A DNA stretch of 64,000 bases from an uncultured beta proteobacterium (GTDB lineage Bacteria; Pseudomonadota; Gammaproteobacteria; Burkholderiales; SG8-39): the NCBI GenBank assembly GCA_903859155.1, contig CAIOLO010000116.1, forward strand, positions 124 through 64,123, written 5' to 3'. The number at the start of each line of letters is the position of its first letter. Position 1 is the stretch's first letter. Positions 1-10,067 of the stretch are shown one piece after another. The position numbers were made by a program, and so were the translations under genes. The notes below the pieces were generated by a model, which was given only the letters and a program-made list of their open reading frames with translations, did no database searches and was not told the DNA's origin.

Positions 1-184
1 CCGGCTACAAGAAAACCGCAACAGACGGGCGAGACGACAGAGACGCAAGCCGCTGCGAAAAGGGTACCGGTCTGCGCCGGGCAGATGGTTGCGTCGGGTC
101 AAGTCTGCCGGCGATATCTCCGGGGTCCCGGGCGTGGCAATGGTGGGGCAAGGCAATTCCGCGACAACAAGATTTCGCAGATAC

Positions 185-1390
185 TCACTGCCCGGGACGC
201 AACTGCGCCGCGCCGCGCCCCGACGCCGCCACGGCCACAAGCGCGATCGCGCTGAAAATCCCGCCAGCCAGAAAAGTGAAGGAGGAGCCCAACTGATCCC
301 AAAGCAGCCCGGCGAGCGCGCTTGCGAGCAGCATGGCGATGCCGCTCGTCAGGTTGAAAAATCCATAGGCGGTGCCGCGCAGATCGACGGGGGCCGCATC
401 GGCCACCATGGTGGCGAGCAAGCCCTGCGTTACGCCCAGGTGCAGGCCCCACAGCGAAATGCCGGCCCAGATCCAGGCCCAATGACTGCTGTGGGCCAGC
501 ACGGTATCCGCGGCAATCAGAAGGAGCAGGCCCAGTGCCAGCAGCGTGCCGTGGCTGATGCGGTCGGAGAGCCTGCCAAAGGGATAGGCGGACACGGCGT
601 AGACGAGGTTCATGCCGATCAGGACCAGCGGGGCAAACGCGATGGGGAGTCCGCCCTCGAGCGCCCGCAGCACCAGAAAGGCTTCGCTGAATCTGGCCAG
701 CGTGAATATCGCGCCGATGACGACCACCCACCAGTAAGCCGCACCCAGGCGCCGCAGATTTTCGCGGCGGATGGGGTTGGTGCGAATGGCGATGGATTTG
801 CGCGCCGGTTCCTGAACGCCGACGACAAGCAGTGCCACCGCAAGAAAAGCCGGAATCACTGCGACCCGGAATACTGCCTGAAAATCGTTGGACCAGGCGA
901 TCATCAGGCCGATGGCCAGCAGCGGACCAAGAAACGCGCCCACTGTATCCAGTGACTGCCGCAAGCCGAAGGCGGCACCGCGCACTTCGGGCGGCGCGAT
1001 ATCGGCAACCAGCGCGTCGCGCGGCGCTCCCCGTATGCCTTTGCCCACCCGGTCCAGAAGGCGCGCGGTGACCACCAGGCCCACCCCGGTGGCTGCCGCG
1101 AACAGCGGCTTGGACAGCGCTCCCAGCCCGTAGCCCAGCACGGCCAGGGATTTGCGCCTGCCCCAGTAGTCGCTGAGCACGCCGGAGAAAACCTTGACGA
1201 TCAGGGCGGTGGCCTCGGCCGCACCTTCAATCAGACCCACCGTAAGCGCGCTAGCGCCCAGCGCGCTCACCATGAAGACCGGCAGCAGGCTGTGGATGAG
1301 CTCGGATGAGACATCCATGAGCAGGCTGACAAAGCCGAGCGCCCAGATTGCGCGCGGGATTTTGCCGACCTTATCTGCGGGCGTGCGCAT
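185..1390 (-). CDS. MFS transporter
   Basis: 401 aa with about 12 hydrophobic segments and the MFS loop motif GVLSDYWGRRK, repeated as GRLSDRISH. Confidence 0.9.
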   Translation of the reverse strand: MRTPADKVGKIPRAIWALGFVSLLMDVSSELIHSLLPVFMVSALGASALTVGLIEGAAEATALIVKVFSGVLSDYWGRRKSLAVLGYGLGALSKPLFAAATGVGLVVTARLLDRVGKGIRGAPRDALVADIAPPEVRGAAFGLRQSLDTVGAFLGPLLAIGLMIAWSNDFQAVFRVAVIPAFLAVALLVVGVQEPARKSIAIRTNPIRRENLRRLGAAYWWVVVIGAIFTLARFSEAFLVLRALEGGLPIAFAPLVLIGMNLVYAVSAYPFGRLSDRISHGTLLALGLLLLIAADTVLAHSSHWAWIWAGISLWGLHLGVTQGLLATMVADAAPVDLRGTAYGFFNLTSGIAMLLASALAGLLWDQLGSSFTFLAGGIFSAIALVAVAASGRGAAQLRPGQ

Positions 1391-1405
1391 TCAGCCGTGC
1401 GCTGC

Positions 1406-1723
1406 TCACCGGCCGCCGATCGCGTGCAGTCGCGAACGCAGGGTTTCGATTTCCTCCATCAACTGCAGCGCCAATGCCGCGCCCGCGAGGTTGACTCCGA
1501 GATCCTGCTGCAGGCGCAGCGCAACACGCGCGCGGCGAATATTGCGGCCATCGAAGCGCCAATCGTCCGGCGACGAGCCCGCGGCTTCCAGCACGCCTTC
1601 TTCGACCAGTTCAATAATTATTTCCGTGTGCGCCGAACAGGCGCGGCACAGGTCCGCCAAGGTGAGCTCGGACTGCTCCTCGAGAATGCAGATGGCCAGA
1701 TGTTGCGAAGCGCTGTTTTTCAT
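1406..1723 (-). CDS. cbpM: Chaperone modulator CbpM (MerR-like)
   Basis: 105 aa containing ELVEEGVL...RLQQDLGVNLAGAALALQL; directly downstream of cbpA. Confidence 0.9.
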   Translation of the reverse strand: MKNSASQHLAICILEEQSELTLADLCRACSAHTEIIIELVEEGVLEAAGSSPDDWRFDGRNIRRARVALRLQQDLGVNLAGAALALQLMEEIETLRSRLHAIGGR

Positions 1724-1727
1724 ATTC

Positions 1728-2675
1728 CTACACTCCCATTTCGGCGCGCGGATCGAAAGGCAGATCCTCGGCCATTTTCCGGTACGCGGCCGCCGCGGCC
1801 TCGTTGTTTGCGGGGGGCAGAGCGATCTGCAGCACCACGTACAGATCGCCCGCAGGATTGCCCGGCAGACCGCGGCCCTTGAGTCGCAGCTTGGTCCCGG
1901 CCCGGGACTTGGGCGGAATCTTGAGGTCCACCGACCCTTCGGGTGTCGGTGCCTTGACGCTGGCGCCCAATACCGCCTCCCAGGGCGCTACCGGGAGGTC
2001 CAGGTACAGGTCACGCCCGTCTGCGCGGTACAGACGGTGCGGGTGAAATTCCACTTGGAGATACAGGTCGCCTTGCTTGCCCTGCCCGATGCCCGGCCCT
2101 CCCTGGCCGGAGAGGCGGATGTGCTGCCCGGCGCGTATTCCTTTGGGAATGGCCACGCTGAGCACGCGCTCCCGGGTCACGATGTGACCTTGCGCATCGA
2201 GTTGCGGCACTTTCAGCGTGATGGTGCGCGTCGGACCGGTGTAGGAATCTTCCAGGTCGATTACCACCTTTGCGTGGTGGTCTTCACCCTGCATGTCGAA
2301 ATTGCCGCGGCCCGCCTGTCGCGGACCGGGGCCGGCACGGCCAAACAGGGTCTCGAAAAAATCACTGTGATCGCTTGCGCCGTCGCCGGGGGCGCCGCTG
2401 CCGCGAAATTCGAAGCCGTCATCCCAGCCGGGCGGCGGTTTGAACTCCTGGCCGCCGGTCCAGTTGGCGCCGAGCTGGTCATAGGCGGCGCGCTTCTCGG
2501 GTTCTTTCAGAACCTCGTAGGCTTCGCCGACTTCCTTGAAGCGTGCTTCGGCATCGGGTTCTTTGCTGACGTCAGGATGGAATTTGCGCGCAAGTTTGCG
2601 ATAGGCGCGCTTGACCTCATCCTGGGTGGCGTCGCGCTTGACGCCCATGACCTTGTAGTAATCCTTGAACTCCAT
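1728..2675 (-). CDS. cbpA: DnaJ-class curved DNA-binding chaperone CbpA
   Basis: MEFKDYY start, J-domain HPD motif, no zinc finger, DnaJ C-terminal domain. Confidence 0.92.
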   Translation of the reverse strand: MEFKDYYKVMGVKRDATQDEVKRAYRKLARKFHPDVSKEPDAEARFKEVGEAYEVLKEPEKRAAYDQLGANWTGGQEFKPPPGWDDGFEFRGSGAPGDGASDHSDFFETLFGRAGPGPRQAGRGNFDMQGEDHHAKVVIDLEDSYTGPTRTITLKVPQLDAQGHIVTRERVLSVAIPKGIRAGQHIRLSGQGGPGIGQGKQGDLYLQVEFHPHRLYRADGRDLYLDLPVAPWEAVLGASVKAPTPEGSVDLKIPPKSRAGTKLRLKGRGLPGNPAGDLYVVLQIALPPANNEAAAAAYRKMAEDLPFDPRAEMGV

Positions 2676-2705
2676 ATCGGGCCTTTGTTTTACGCTTCGC
2701 CGGTT

Positions 2706-3083
2706 TCAGCGGATCAGGGACACGGTGGCAATGCCGGCCATGGTCAGCGCAAGCGAGCCCAGCACGTGCAGCGAGACAACGCCGAATGCCCAGACCATCT
2801 GACCGCGCTGCATGAGAGCGACTACTTCGGCCGAGAAAGTGGAGAAGGTTGTCAGGCCGCCGAGAAAGCCGGTGATGACGAAAAGACGCCATTCCGGCGG
2901 CAGCGATGGATTGCTGCCGAAGTATTCGATGGCCAAGCCGATGAGGTACCCGCCAATGAGGTTTGCGGCGAGCGTTCCGAGGGGCAGCGTGGGGATGATG
3001 TGATTGAACCTGGCGCCCAATGCCCAGCGCAATACCGCGCCCGTGGACGCGCCGACGCTGATTGCCAAAATCGAATGCAACAT
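2706..3083 (-). CDS. crcB: Fluoride efflux channel CrcB/Fluc
   Basis: 125 aa, 4 TM, GTLAAN and GFLGGLTTFSTF motifs. Confidence 0.95.
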   Translation of the reverse strand: MLHSILAISVGASTGAVLRWALGARFNHIIPTLPLGTLAANLIGGYLIGLAIEYFGSNPSLPPEWRLFVITGFLGGLTTFSTFSAEVVALMQRGQMVWAFGVVSLHVLGSLALTMAGIATVSLIR

Positions 3084-3114
3084 GCGTCCAGTCCTTTCCC
3101 GGCCCCTCGCTGTG

Positions 3115-4080
3115 TCAATCTTCCGCGGTGAATCCCGAGGCCTTGACCACCGGCGCCCAGCGCTCGTAATCGCGCTTCACCAGCGCGCCCAGTTGCGCGG
3201 GCGAGAGCTCGAGGATTTCGAGGTCGAGGCCGCGCATGCGCTCGCGTATCGAGGGCGTGCGCATCGCCTGGATGACTATGCCGTTCATGCGGCCTATCAG
3301 TTCGGCGGGCGTGCCTGCCGGCGCAAGAATGGCAAACCAGCTATCCATATTGAGGGGCGTGTATCCCTGTTCGGCGAAGGTGGGCGCATCGGGCGCGGCC
3401 AAGGCGCGCTGCGAACCGGACACACCGATCAGGCGCAGTTTGCCCGACTTGTACTGAGTGACCATGGTGCCCAGGGGATTGACCGTCGAAGGGACATGTC
3501 CGGCGACCACATCGCTGACCGAGGGGCCGGAACCCTTGTAGGGAACAGCCTGTATTTTCAGTCCGAGTTCCTGACCGATCATCAGCGCAAAAAAGTGCAT
3601 CGATCCGCCGGCGCCCGGGACCGCTACGCTGGCCTGCTCGGGGTTGGCCTTGATCCAGTCGGCGAATTCGCGCATATTTTTTGCGGGAACGCCGTTGCCG
3701 ACCGCAAGCGCCAGCGCAGTCAGGCCGGTATGAGCCACCGGTGCGAAATCCGCGACCGGGTCATACGGCGGCTTCTTTGTCACCAGCGGGCGAACCACTA
3801 GCGACGCATCCGGTGTGAGCAGCAGCGTGTAGCCGTCGGGCGGCGATGCCTTGAGCACTTCGGCGGCCACCTGTCCTGCGGCGCCGGGCCGCGGCTCGAC
3901 CACCACCGGCCTGCCCATGGCCTCGCCCAGTCGCTCGCCGAAAATCCGCGCCAGGATGTCCACATTGCCCCCGGGCGGAAAGCCCACCAGCATGCGCGTG
4001 GGTTTCGCCGCTTGTCCCCAGGCAAGGCTGCCCGAGAGCGCGAGCAGGGCAATCGAAACGCATCTGATCATCGGGCTCAT
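3115..4080 (-). CDS. Bug/TctC tripartite tricarboxylate transporter substrate-binding protein
   Basis: Signal peptide, GFPPGGNVDILAR, PDGYTLL, VPYKGSGP; start placed at ATG 4080 after a GGAG RBS. Confidence 0.9.
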   Translation of the reverse strand: MSPMIRCVSIALLALSGSLAWGQAAKPTRMLVGFPPGGNVDILARIFGERLGEAMGRPVVVEPRPGAAGQVAAEVLKASPPDGYTLLLTPDASLVVRPLVTKKPPYDPVADFAPVAHTGLTALALAVGNGVPAKNMREFADWIKANPEQASVAVPGAGGSMHFFALMIGQELGLKIQAVPYKGSGPSVSDVVAGHVPSTVNPLGTMVTQYKSGKLRLIGVSGSQRALAAPDAPTFAEQGYTPLNMDSWFAILAPAGTPAELIGRMNGIVIQAMRTPSIRERMRGLDLEILELSPAQLGALVKRDYERWAPVVKASGFTAED

Positions 4081-4243
4081 TCTGTTCTCCTGTTTTGCGA
4101 GGATGCAAGCATAGCGGCTTCCAATCGATCCCATCCTAATGATCAACGCCTTTTTTGCAAACCACCCGATCAGCGTTTTTCTCCGTTTTCCTCTGACTCG
4201 GGGGAGCTACGAGGGGGCGCAGGCCCCCTTGTTCAAAAAATCC

Positions 4244-5458
4244 CTAACCTTTCACGCACACCAGTTGCTTGAGCGTGTGAACGACCTGGCACAGATCGGA
4301 CTGATTGTGCATCACGGCGTCGATATCCTTGTAGGCGCCCGGAATTTCGTCGATGACACCGGCGTCCTTGCGGCAATCGACGCCGCGTGTCTGTGCCTCC
4401 AGGTCGGCGCGGGTGTAGCGCTTTTTTGCTTCGGTGCGGCTCATGCGGCGTCCGGCCCCGTGCGCGCAGGAACAGAACGAATCGGGATTTCCCAAGCCGC
4501 GCACGATATAGCTTTTCGTGCCCATGCTGCCGGGGATGATGCCCATCTCCCCCGCGCGCGCGCTGATCGCACCCTTGCGGGTTATAAAGAGGTTGCGGCC
4601 CAAATGGGTTTCCCGCGCGACATAATTGTGATGACAGTTTATGGCTTCATCGGTCGCGTGAAACGGGCCGAGGCGCGGCGACAGTTCGCGTTGCAGCGCG
4701 CCCAGGACCAGTCGCATCATTTCGTGGCGATTGAGCAGCGCATATTCCTGCGCCCACTCAACCGCTTCGAGGTAGTCAGCGAAGCCCGTCGAGCCTTCGT
4801 CAAACCAGGCGAGGTCGCGATCGGGCAGGTTGGCCTGATGGCGCAGCATTGCCTTTTTCGCATTTTCGATGAAATAGCGGCCCATGACATTGCCTATGCC
4901 GCGCGAACCCGAGTGCAGCATCACCCAGGCGCGGTTCTCTTCATCCAGGCACAACTCGATGAAATGATTGCCGCCGCCCAGGGTGCCCAATTGGCAGCGC
5001 CAGGTATCCTCGAATCGCTTCTGCATCCTGGTGATGGCCGGGTGCTTTTCGGCGATGTGCTTGAGGCGCCCGCCCAGCCGGTGCGAACCGGTGCCGGCCC
5101 CCGTGTGCCCGCCGGGCGAATGCTGCGAAAATCCCACAGGTACCGCCGCTTCGATGGCGCTGCGCACGCGCTGCAGGCTGTCGGGCAGTTGTCGGGCGTC
5201 CAGCGAAAGGCGCAGCGCGTTCATGCCGCAGCCGATGTCCACGCCGACCGCGGCGGGAATGATGGCTGACAGGGTGGGTATCACCGAGCCGACAGTGGCG
5301 CCTATGCCCTTGTGCACGTCGGGCATCGCCGCGATGTGGCCGTACACGATGGGCAGGTTCGCCACGTTCAGCAGTTGTTGCAGCGCCCCGCCTTCGATCT
5401 CGTCGCTCCACGCCTTGACGGGTACGCGGCCTGCTGCGAGGGTGAGGCGGATCGACAT
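4244..5458 (-). CDS. rtcB: RtcB family RNA ligase
   Basis: MPDVH, GVDIGCGM, GTLGGGNHFIE, HSGSRG, HHNY, IPGSMG and HGAGR motifs; start placed at MSIRL (5458). Confidence 0.92.
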   Translation of the reverse strand: MSIRLTLAAGRVPVKAWSDEIEGGALQQLLNVANLPIVYGHIAAMPDVHKGIGATVGSVIPTLSAIIPAAVGVDIGCGMNALRLSLDARQLPDSLQRVRSAIEAAVPVGFSQHSPGGHTGAGTGSHRLGGRLKHIAEKHPAITRMQKRFEDTWRCQLGTLGGGNHFIELCLDEENRAWVMLHSGSRGIGNVMGRYFIENAKKAMLRHQANLPDRDLAWFDEGSTGFADYLEAVEWAQEYALLNRHEMMRLVLGALQRELSPRLGPFHATDEAINCHHNYVARETHLGRNLFITRKGAISARAGEMGIIPGSMGTKSYIVRGLGNPDSFCSCAHGAGRRMSRTEAKKRYTRADLEAQTRGVDCRKDAGVIDEIPGAYKDIDAVMHNQSDLCQVVHTLKQLVCVKG

Positions 5459-5466
5459 CGCCGGGA

Positions 5467-6540
5467 TCAGCCGTGACGGATCCTGTGCTTGCCTTCGAAA
5501 TGCGGCGCGACCAGTTCCATGAACCTGTGCATCTGCTCCCGCACCATGGCATCGGGCTTGGCGCCGACGTTGAAATAGAGGATGACCTCCTCGATTCCCG
5601 CGGCTTCGACCTTTTTCAAGGTGTCGATGATCTTCTGCGGCGAACCCAGCAATATCGATTTGTCGGACAGGTCCTCTTTTTTCATGTTTTCGAGGGTGTT
5701 CACGATCTTCAGGAAATAATGCATGGTCGGCGGCGCGTGCTCCGGTTTCATGGTGAAGGCCGGCAGCGCGCATTCCCTGAAGTAGCGCATCTGCGCTTCG
5801 CGCCCGTAGTTCTCCTCTTTTTCATTTTCGGCGATATGGATGAAGTAGCTGCACATCGCGCGTCCCGGTTTTTTTCCGGCCGCGACGCTGGCGTTGCGGT
5901 ACGCCTCCACGGCACGGTCCAGCCCGCCGAACATCATGCCCGCGGCGAATGGCGCATAGATGATGTTCAGGCCGCGCCGCGCCGCCATCTCCAGGCTGGT
6001 CATGGAAAACGAGGCGACATAAAAAGGGATGGGCTGCTGAACCGGCTTGGGCGTGATCTCCATGTTTTCGATGTCGAAGAACCTGCCCTTGTGCGACCAC
6101 GCGCCAGGCTCGGTCCAGGCCTTGAGAATGACCTCCATCGACTCTTCCATCATCTCTGCGGAGGTCATGAAGTCGGCGCCGAAAGGCAGATACTCGCGCC
6201 GGTCGTAGCCGCGGCCGCAGGCAAAATCGACGCGTCCTCCCGAGAGCAGGTCGAGCGTGGACCAGGCTTCGGCCACATGCAGCGGGTGGTGCAGGGGCAG
6301 CACCGATACGGCAGGTGCCAGCCGCACATTCTTTGTCAGTGGTGCAATGCTCGCCAGCAGCAGGTCGGGTCGCGAGTTGACACCCAGAGAATCGAAATGG
6401 TGCTCGCCCACCCACACCGAGTGATATCCCAGCTTGTCCGCAAGCACCGCCTGATCGCGAATTTCCAGGATGAAATCGTTGGCGCTGCGGGCATTGTTGG
6501 CGTAGTGGTTGTCGCTGAGGGTGAAATAGCCGAATTCCAT
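5467..6540 (-). CDS. LLM-class flavin-dependent oxidoreductase
   Basis: WVGEHHF, LDLLSGGRVDFACGRG, PKPVQQP luciferase-like motifs. Confidence 0.9.
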   Translation of the reverse strand: MEFGYFTLSDNHYANNARSANDFILEIRDQAVLADKLGYHSVWVGEHHFDSLGVNSRPDLLLASIAPLTKNVRLAPAVSVLPLHHPLHVAEAWSTLDLLSGGRVDFACGRGYDRREYLPFGADFMTSAEMMEESMEVILKAWTEPGAWSHKGRFFDIENMEITPKPVQQPIPFYVASFSMTSLEMAARRGLNIIYAPFAAGMMFGGLDRAVEAYRNASVAAGKKPGRAMCSYFIHIAENEKEENYGREAQMRYFRECALPAFTMKPEHAPPTMHYFLKIVNTLENMKKEDLSDKSILLGSPQKIIDTLKKVEAAGIEEVILYFNVGAKPDAMVREQMHRFMELVAPHFEGKHRIRHG

Positions 6541-6644
6541 TCTAGGTCTCCATAGTTTAGTCGCGGGCGGCGCACAGGTGCCGGATTATCCGCCAGCCTT
6601 TTGCGCCAGCTCCATCGATCTTATACTGGCGGCCGTTTCCTTGA

Positions 6645-6922
6645 ATGGGGAGTGACCTGCTTGGCAGGTTCCTGAGCGCAACGGTATCCTTGGTGCTGCC
6701 TGCCGGTACAGTGGTGCAAAGCTATCCGGCAGGCCGGTGCCTCTCATCGTTCCGCATCAGGTGGGGGGGCTCGGATCTGGTCGCGCGCGGCATCGGCCAG
6801 ATGCGGGCGCAGAAGCTGGGCCCGTCGTTCGTGGTCGAGAATCGCGTTTCGGCGCGTTTTTGATAAACAACCGGCAGCGCTTCGCTGAGGCAGCGAAGCT
6901 GGCGGCGATTAGGATGGATTGA
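6645..6922 (+). pseudogene. Internally deleted, frameshifted Bug/TctC remnant
   Basis: N-terminal pieces (QSYPA, VPLIVPHQVGG, GSDLVARGIGQ...KLGPSFVVENR) spread over two frames and joined directly to a Bug-like C-terminus (FGAFLINNRQRFAEAAKLAAIRMD). Confidence 0.7.
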
Positions 6923-6960
6923 GCGGCTCAGCCCCGCCGGGGCGGAGCATGGCGTTGGGA

Positions 6961-7173
6961 CTACTGAAGCTTGTCGCCGGCTTTTTCCGCAGCGGTTTTT
7001 TTCGAGCTCTTGTTGGTGAGCCAGACAAACGCCACGGCCATGGCGAGGCAGATGACGAAAAATGCGATGATTCCTCCGCTACCGACAGTCTCCATCGGCA
7101 CTTCGCCTTCTTCGGCGAACGCCAGGCTGTATGAGAACAAGGTTGTCAGTACGGCGAGCAATCGAAAAATCAT
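6961..7173 (-). CDS. Small exported/membrane protein (70 aa)
   Basis: GAGGAG RBS, signal peptide ending AFA, one TM helix, Lys-rich tail. Confidence 0.7.
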   Translation of the reverse strand: MIFRLLAVLTTLFSYSLAFAEEGEVPMETVGSGGIIAFFVICLAMAVAFVWLTNKSSKKTAAEKAGDKLQ

Positions 7174-7244
7174 GTTGGTCTCCTCAAGATGGATAAGGCA
7201 GCAGCCATTGTCGGCCTTGCTGGTTGACGGCAGGCTTTCATGAA

Positions 7245-7262
7245 GATTACAAACTCGTAATC
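7245..7262. promoter_or_regulatory. Heavy-metal response regulator (CusR/CopR/CzcR-type) binding palindrome
   Basis: GATTAC-N6-GTAATC between the divergent small gene and the response regulator; resembles ATTAC/ATGAC-N6-GTAAT/GTCAT boxes. Confidence 0.6.
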
Positions 7263-7333
7263 ATTGCGGCAGCCCTAGTACTATTTATTGGTGGACAATT
7301 ACCCTCTTTTCGCCCGGAAAATGGAACGACCGC

Positions 7334-8008
7334 ATGCGTTTGCTTATCGTCGAGGATGAACCCAAGACTGGCGACTACCTGCACAAGGGGTTGTCGGAGA
7401 ACGGTTTTGTGGTTGATCTGGCGCGCAATGGAATCGACGGCCAGCACCTGGCGCTAACCGGCGAGTATGACCTGGTGGTGCTGGATATCGGCCTGCCCGG
7501 GGTCGACGGCTGGCAGATCCTGCAGGCCATTCGTGCCCAAAAGCAGACACCGGTGATGTGTCTGACCGCTCGCGACCGGGTGGATGACCGGGTGAAGGGG
7601 CTGGAGTTGGGCGCCGACGACTACCTCATCAAGCCGTTCGCTTTTTCCGAGTTGCTTGCCCGCATCCGCAGCCTGCTGCGCCGCGGCAAGACGCGCGACC
7701 CCGAGCAGATCCGCATCGGCGATCTCGAGGTCGATCTGCTGCGCCACAAGGTTTTGCGGGCAGGCGCGCGCATCGACCTGACGGGCAAGGAATTCGCATT
7801 GCTGGCATTGCTGGCACGGCGTCAGGGAGAAGTCCTCTCGCGCACCCTGATAGCCGAGCAGGTCTGGGACATGAACTTCGACAGTGACACCAATGTCGTC
7901 GATGTCGCGGTACGACGCCTTCGCGCCAAGATCGACGATCCGTTTCCCGCCAAGCTGGTGCATGCCATCCGCGGCATCGGCTACGTGCTCGAGGAACGCG
8001 TCTTGTGA
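7334..8008 (+). CDS. Heavy-metal response regulator (CusR/CzcR family)
   Basis: REC domain plus OmpR winged helix; signature [33 protein letters not shown]. Confidence 0.93.
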   Translation: MRLLIVEDEPKTGDYLHKGLSENGFVVDLARNGIDGQHLALTGEYDLVVLDIGLPGVDGWQILQAIRAQKQTPVMCLTARDRVDDRVKGLELGADDYLIKPFAFSELLARIRSLLRRGKTRDPEQIRIGDLEVDLLRHKVLRAGARIDLTGKEFALLALLARRQGEVLSRTLIAEQVWDMNFDSDTNVVDVAVRRLRAKIDDPFPAKLVHAIRGIGYVLEERVL

Positions 8009-9414
8009 CCGCGGCGCGGTCGGATGCGCCCATATCGCTGACCGCGACGCTTGTCGTGCTGTTCGCGGCGGTATCGGTGGCGGTTCTCGCCGTGACCAAC
8101 GCTTTCGTGTTTTTCTTCGTCGAGCAGCAATGGCGCAACAGTGCCCAGCAGGACCTTGAAGTGGGCGGCAACGCGCTGCGGATGCTGGTGGCCTCGAATC
8201 CTGATGCCGGCAGCTTCGCCACCCGCGGCGGCACCATCACCACCGAACTTGGCAAGAATCGCCGTCTTACCTTCTCGGTGAGCACCGGCGCTGGCGTGGT
8301 TCTCCTCAGCACCCTGCCCAAGGGATTTCCCGCGGAAGCGTTTTACCAAGCGGCGGATATTGAACATCCGGTGGATTGGCAATGGGATCAGCGGCATTTC
8401 AGTATCGCGGAAATTACCGGCCACTTTGCAGATACCAGCGTCGCCGGCCTGCGCCTGGCGCTGGACGTCACCGAGCCCCGCGACATTCAGGGCGCCTACA
8501 GCAGGGCACTGGTTCTGATCACGGTTGCCGGCGGTCTCATAGCCGCAGTGCTGGGTCTGGTGGCGGTGCGCCAGGGCCTCGAGCCGCTGCGGCGCATGGC
8601 CACGGCCGCCGGCCAGATTACTGCGAGCCGCCTGGGCGAACGCCTGCGGCCGGAGGACACGCCGGCGGAACTCTCCGAGATGGCGTCGAATTTCAACGGA
8701 ATGCTCGAGCGGCTTGAAGACTCGTTCAGGCGTCTGAACGACTTTTCCTCGGATATCGCGCACGAGTTGCGCACGCCGATCAACAATCTCCAGGGGCAGA
8801 CCCAGGTCGCGCTGTCGCGCGCGCGCTCGAGTGACGATTATCGCTCCGTGCTGGAGTTGAACGCCGAGGAGTTCGAGCGCCTCTCACACATGATCCAGGA
8901 CATGCTGTTTCTTGCGCAGGCCGATAACGCCCAGGCGGCGCTCAACCTCGAAGAGGTGAATCTTGCGGCCGAGTGCGCCAAGATCATCGAGTATTTTGAG
9001 CCGGTCATCGAAGAAGGGCGCCTGTGCGTCGAATTGCGCGGACAGGGCAGCGTGCACGCTGATCGGCTGCTGCTGCAGCGCGCCCTGGCCAATCTGGTGT
9101 CCAACGCGGTGCGAAACAGCCCGCCGGGCGCATTGGTGCAAATCGAGATTGCCGCCCCGAACGCGCAGCAGGTGTCCGTTGACATTGTCAATCCCGGACC
9201 GGGCATCCCCGCAGAGGAGTTGCCGCGTATTTTTGACCGCTTCTACCGAACCCGCGGCGCCAGGGACAGAAAGCTCGAAGGCACCGGCCTCGGACTGGCC
9301 ATCGTGCGCACCATTGCCCGGTTGCACGGCGGCGATGTCGCCGTGCAGAGCAATCCGGAGGTTGAGACGCGGTTTCGGCTGGTTCTGCCGCGCGAAGGCG
9401 CAACGGCGGCTTGA
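8005..9414 (+). CDS. Heavy-metal sensor histidine kinase (CusS/CzcS family)
   Basis: 2 TM, HAMP, H-box [18 protein letters not shown] and GTGLGLAIV; 4-nt overlap with the regulator. Confidence 0.92.
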   Translation: MTAARSDAPISLTATLVVLFAAVSVAVLAVTNAFVFFFVEQQWRNSAQQDLEVGGNALRMLVASNPDAGSFATRGGTITTELGKNRRLTFSVSTGAGVVLLSTLPKGFPAEAFYQAADIEHPVDWQWDQRHFSIAEITGHFADTSVAGLRLALDVTEPRDIQGAYSRALVLITVAGGLIAAVLGLVAVRQGLEPLRRMATAAGQITASRLGERLRPEDTPAELSEMASNFNGMLERLEDSFRRLNDFSSDIAHELRTPINNLQGQTQVALSRARSSDDYRSVLELNAEEFERLSHMIQDMLFLAQADNAQAALNLEEVNLAAECAKIIEYFEPVIEEGRLCVELRGQGSVHADRLLLQRALANLVSNAVRNSPPGALVQIEIAAPNAQQVSVDIVNPGPGIPAEELPRIFDRFYRTRGARDRKLEGTGLGLAIVRTIARLHGGDVAVQSNPEVETRFRLVLPREGATAA

Positions 9415-9587
9415 AGCGCCGCCATCGTCGGCACATCGGGCAGCGCGGCGAGCGCCGGCGCCGTGCCTTTGCGCAAGAAGGCCGAGGATTTGCTCTAGAA
9501 TGCCGCGGCGATCATTTTTGATGCACTTTCGATATCAGCCATGGAGCAAGCATCCAGGCGGTCGACGGTCCCAAGGGAATCTGAATC

Positions 9588-10067
9588 GTGTCGGATATCG
9601 AACTGCAGCTGTCGGTTGAGAACCTGCTCGCACGCTATGTTCATGCCATTGATGATGACCGCCTCGAGGATTGGCCGGGTTTTTTCGTCGATCAGGGCAT
9701 CTACAGGATAGTCACCGCCGAAAACCTGGAGCGCGGCTTGCCGCTGCCTGTCATGCTGGCAGAGTCGCGCGCGATGCTGCTCGACCGGGTGAATTCGCTG
9801 CGTCGGGCCAATGCCTGCGAGGCGCAGCGCTACCGGCATTCGGTGACGGCGACGCTCATCGACCGCATCGATTCCGCACGCGTGCGCAGCGTCAGCAATT
9901 TTTTCGTTGTCCGCATCATGCGCACCGGCGAGCCCGCGCTGTTCGCCAGCGGCAGCTACCTCGACCGCATTTTGCTCGACGGCGACAACGGCCAGCCGCA
10001 GTTCGAGGAGCGCGTCGTGGTGCTCGACAGCCGCGCGGTGGATCCCCTGCTGGCGATTCCGATTTAA
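9588..10067 (+). CDS. Aromatic ring-hydroxylating dioxygenase beta subunit
   Basis: YVHAIDDDRLEDWPGFF...YRIVTAEN...ERVVVLDS...LLAIPI, the pattern of anthranilate/salicylate-type small subunits. Confidence 0.85.
   Translation: MSDIELQLSVENLLARYVHAIDDDRLEDWPGFFVDQGIYRIVTAENLERGLPLPVMLAESRAMLLDRVNSLRRANACEAQRYRHSVTATLIDRIDSARVRSVSNFFVVRIMRTGEPALFASGSYLDRILLDGDNGQPQFEERVVVLDSRAVDPLLAIPI

Noticed and set aside
3084-3114. Fluoride riboswitch upstream of crcB
   Set aside because: Only 31 nt of spacer and no GGCGATGG...TGATG consensus
5459-5773. N-terminal extension of RtcB shown in the 509-aa ORF
   Set aside because: It overlaps the LLM gene in another frame; RtcB similarity starts at MSIRL (5458)
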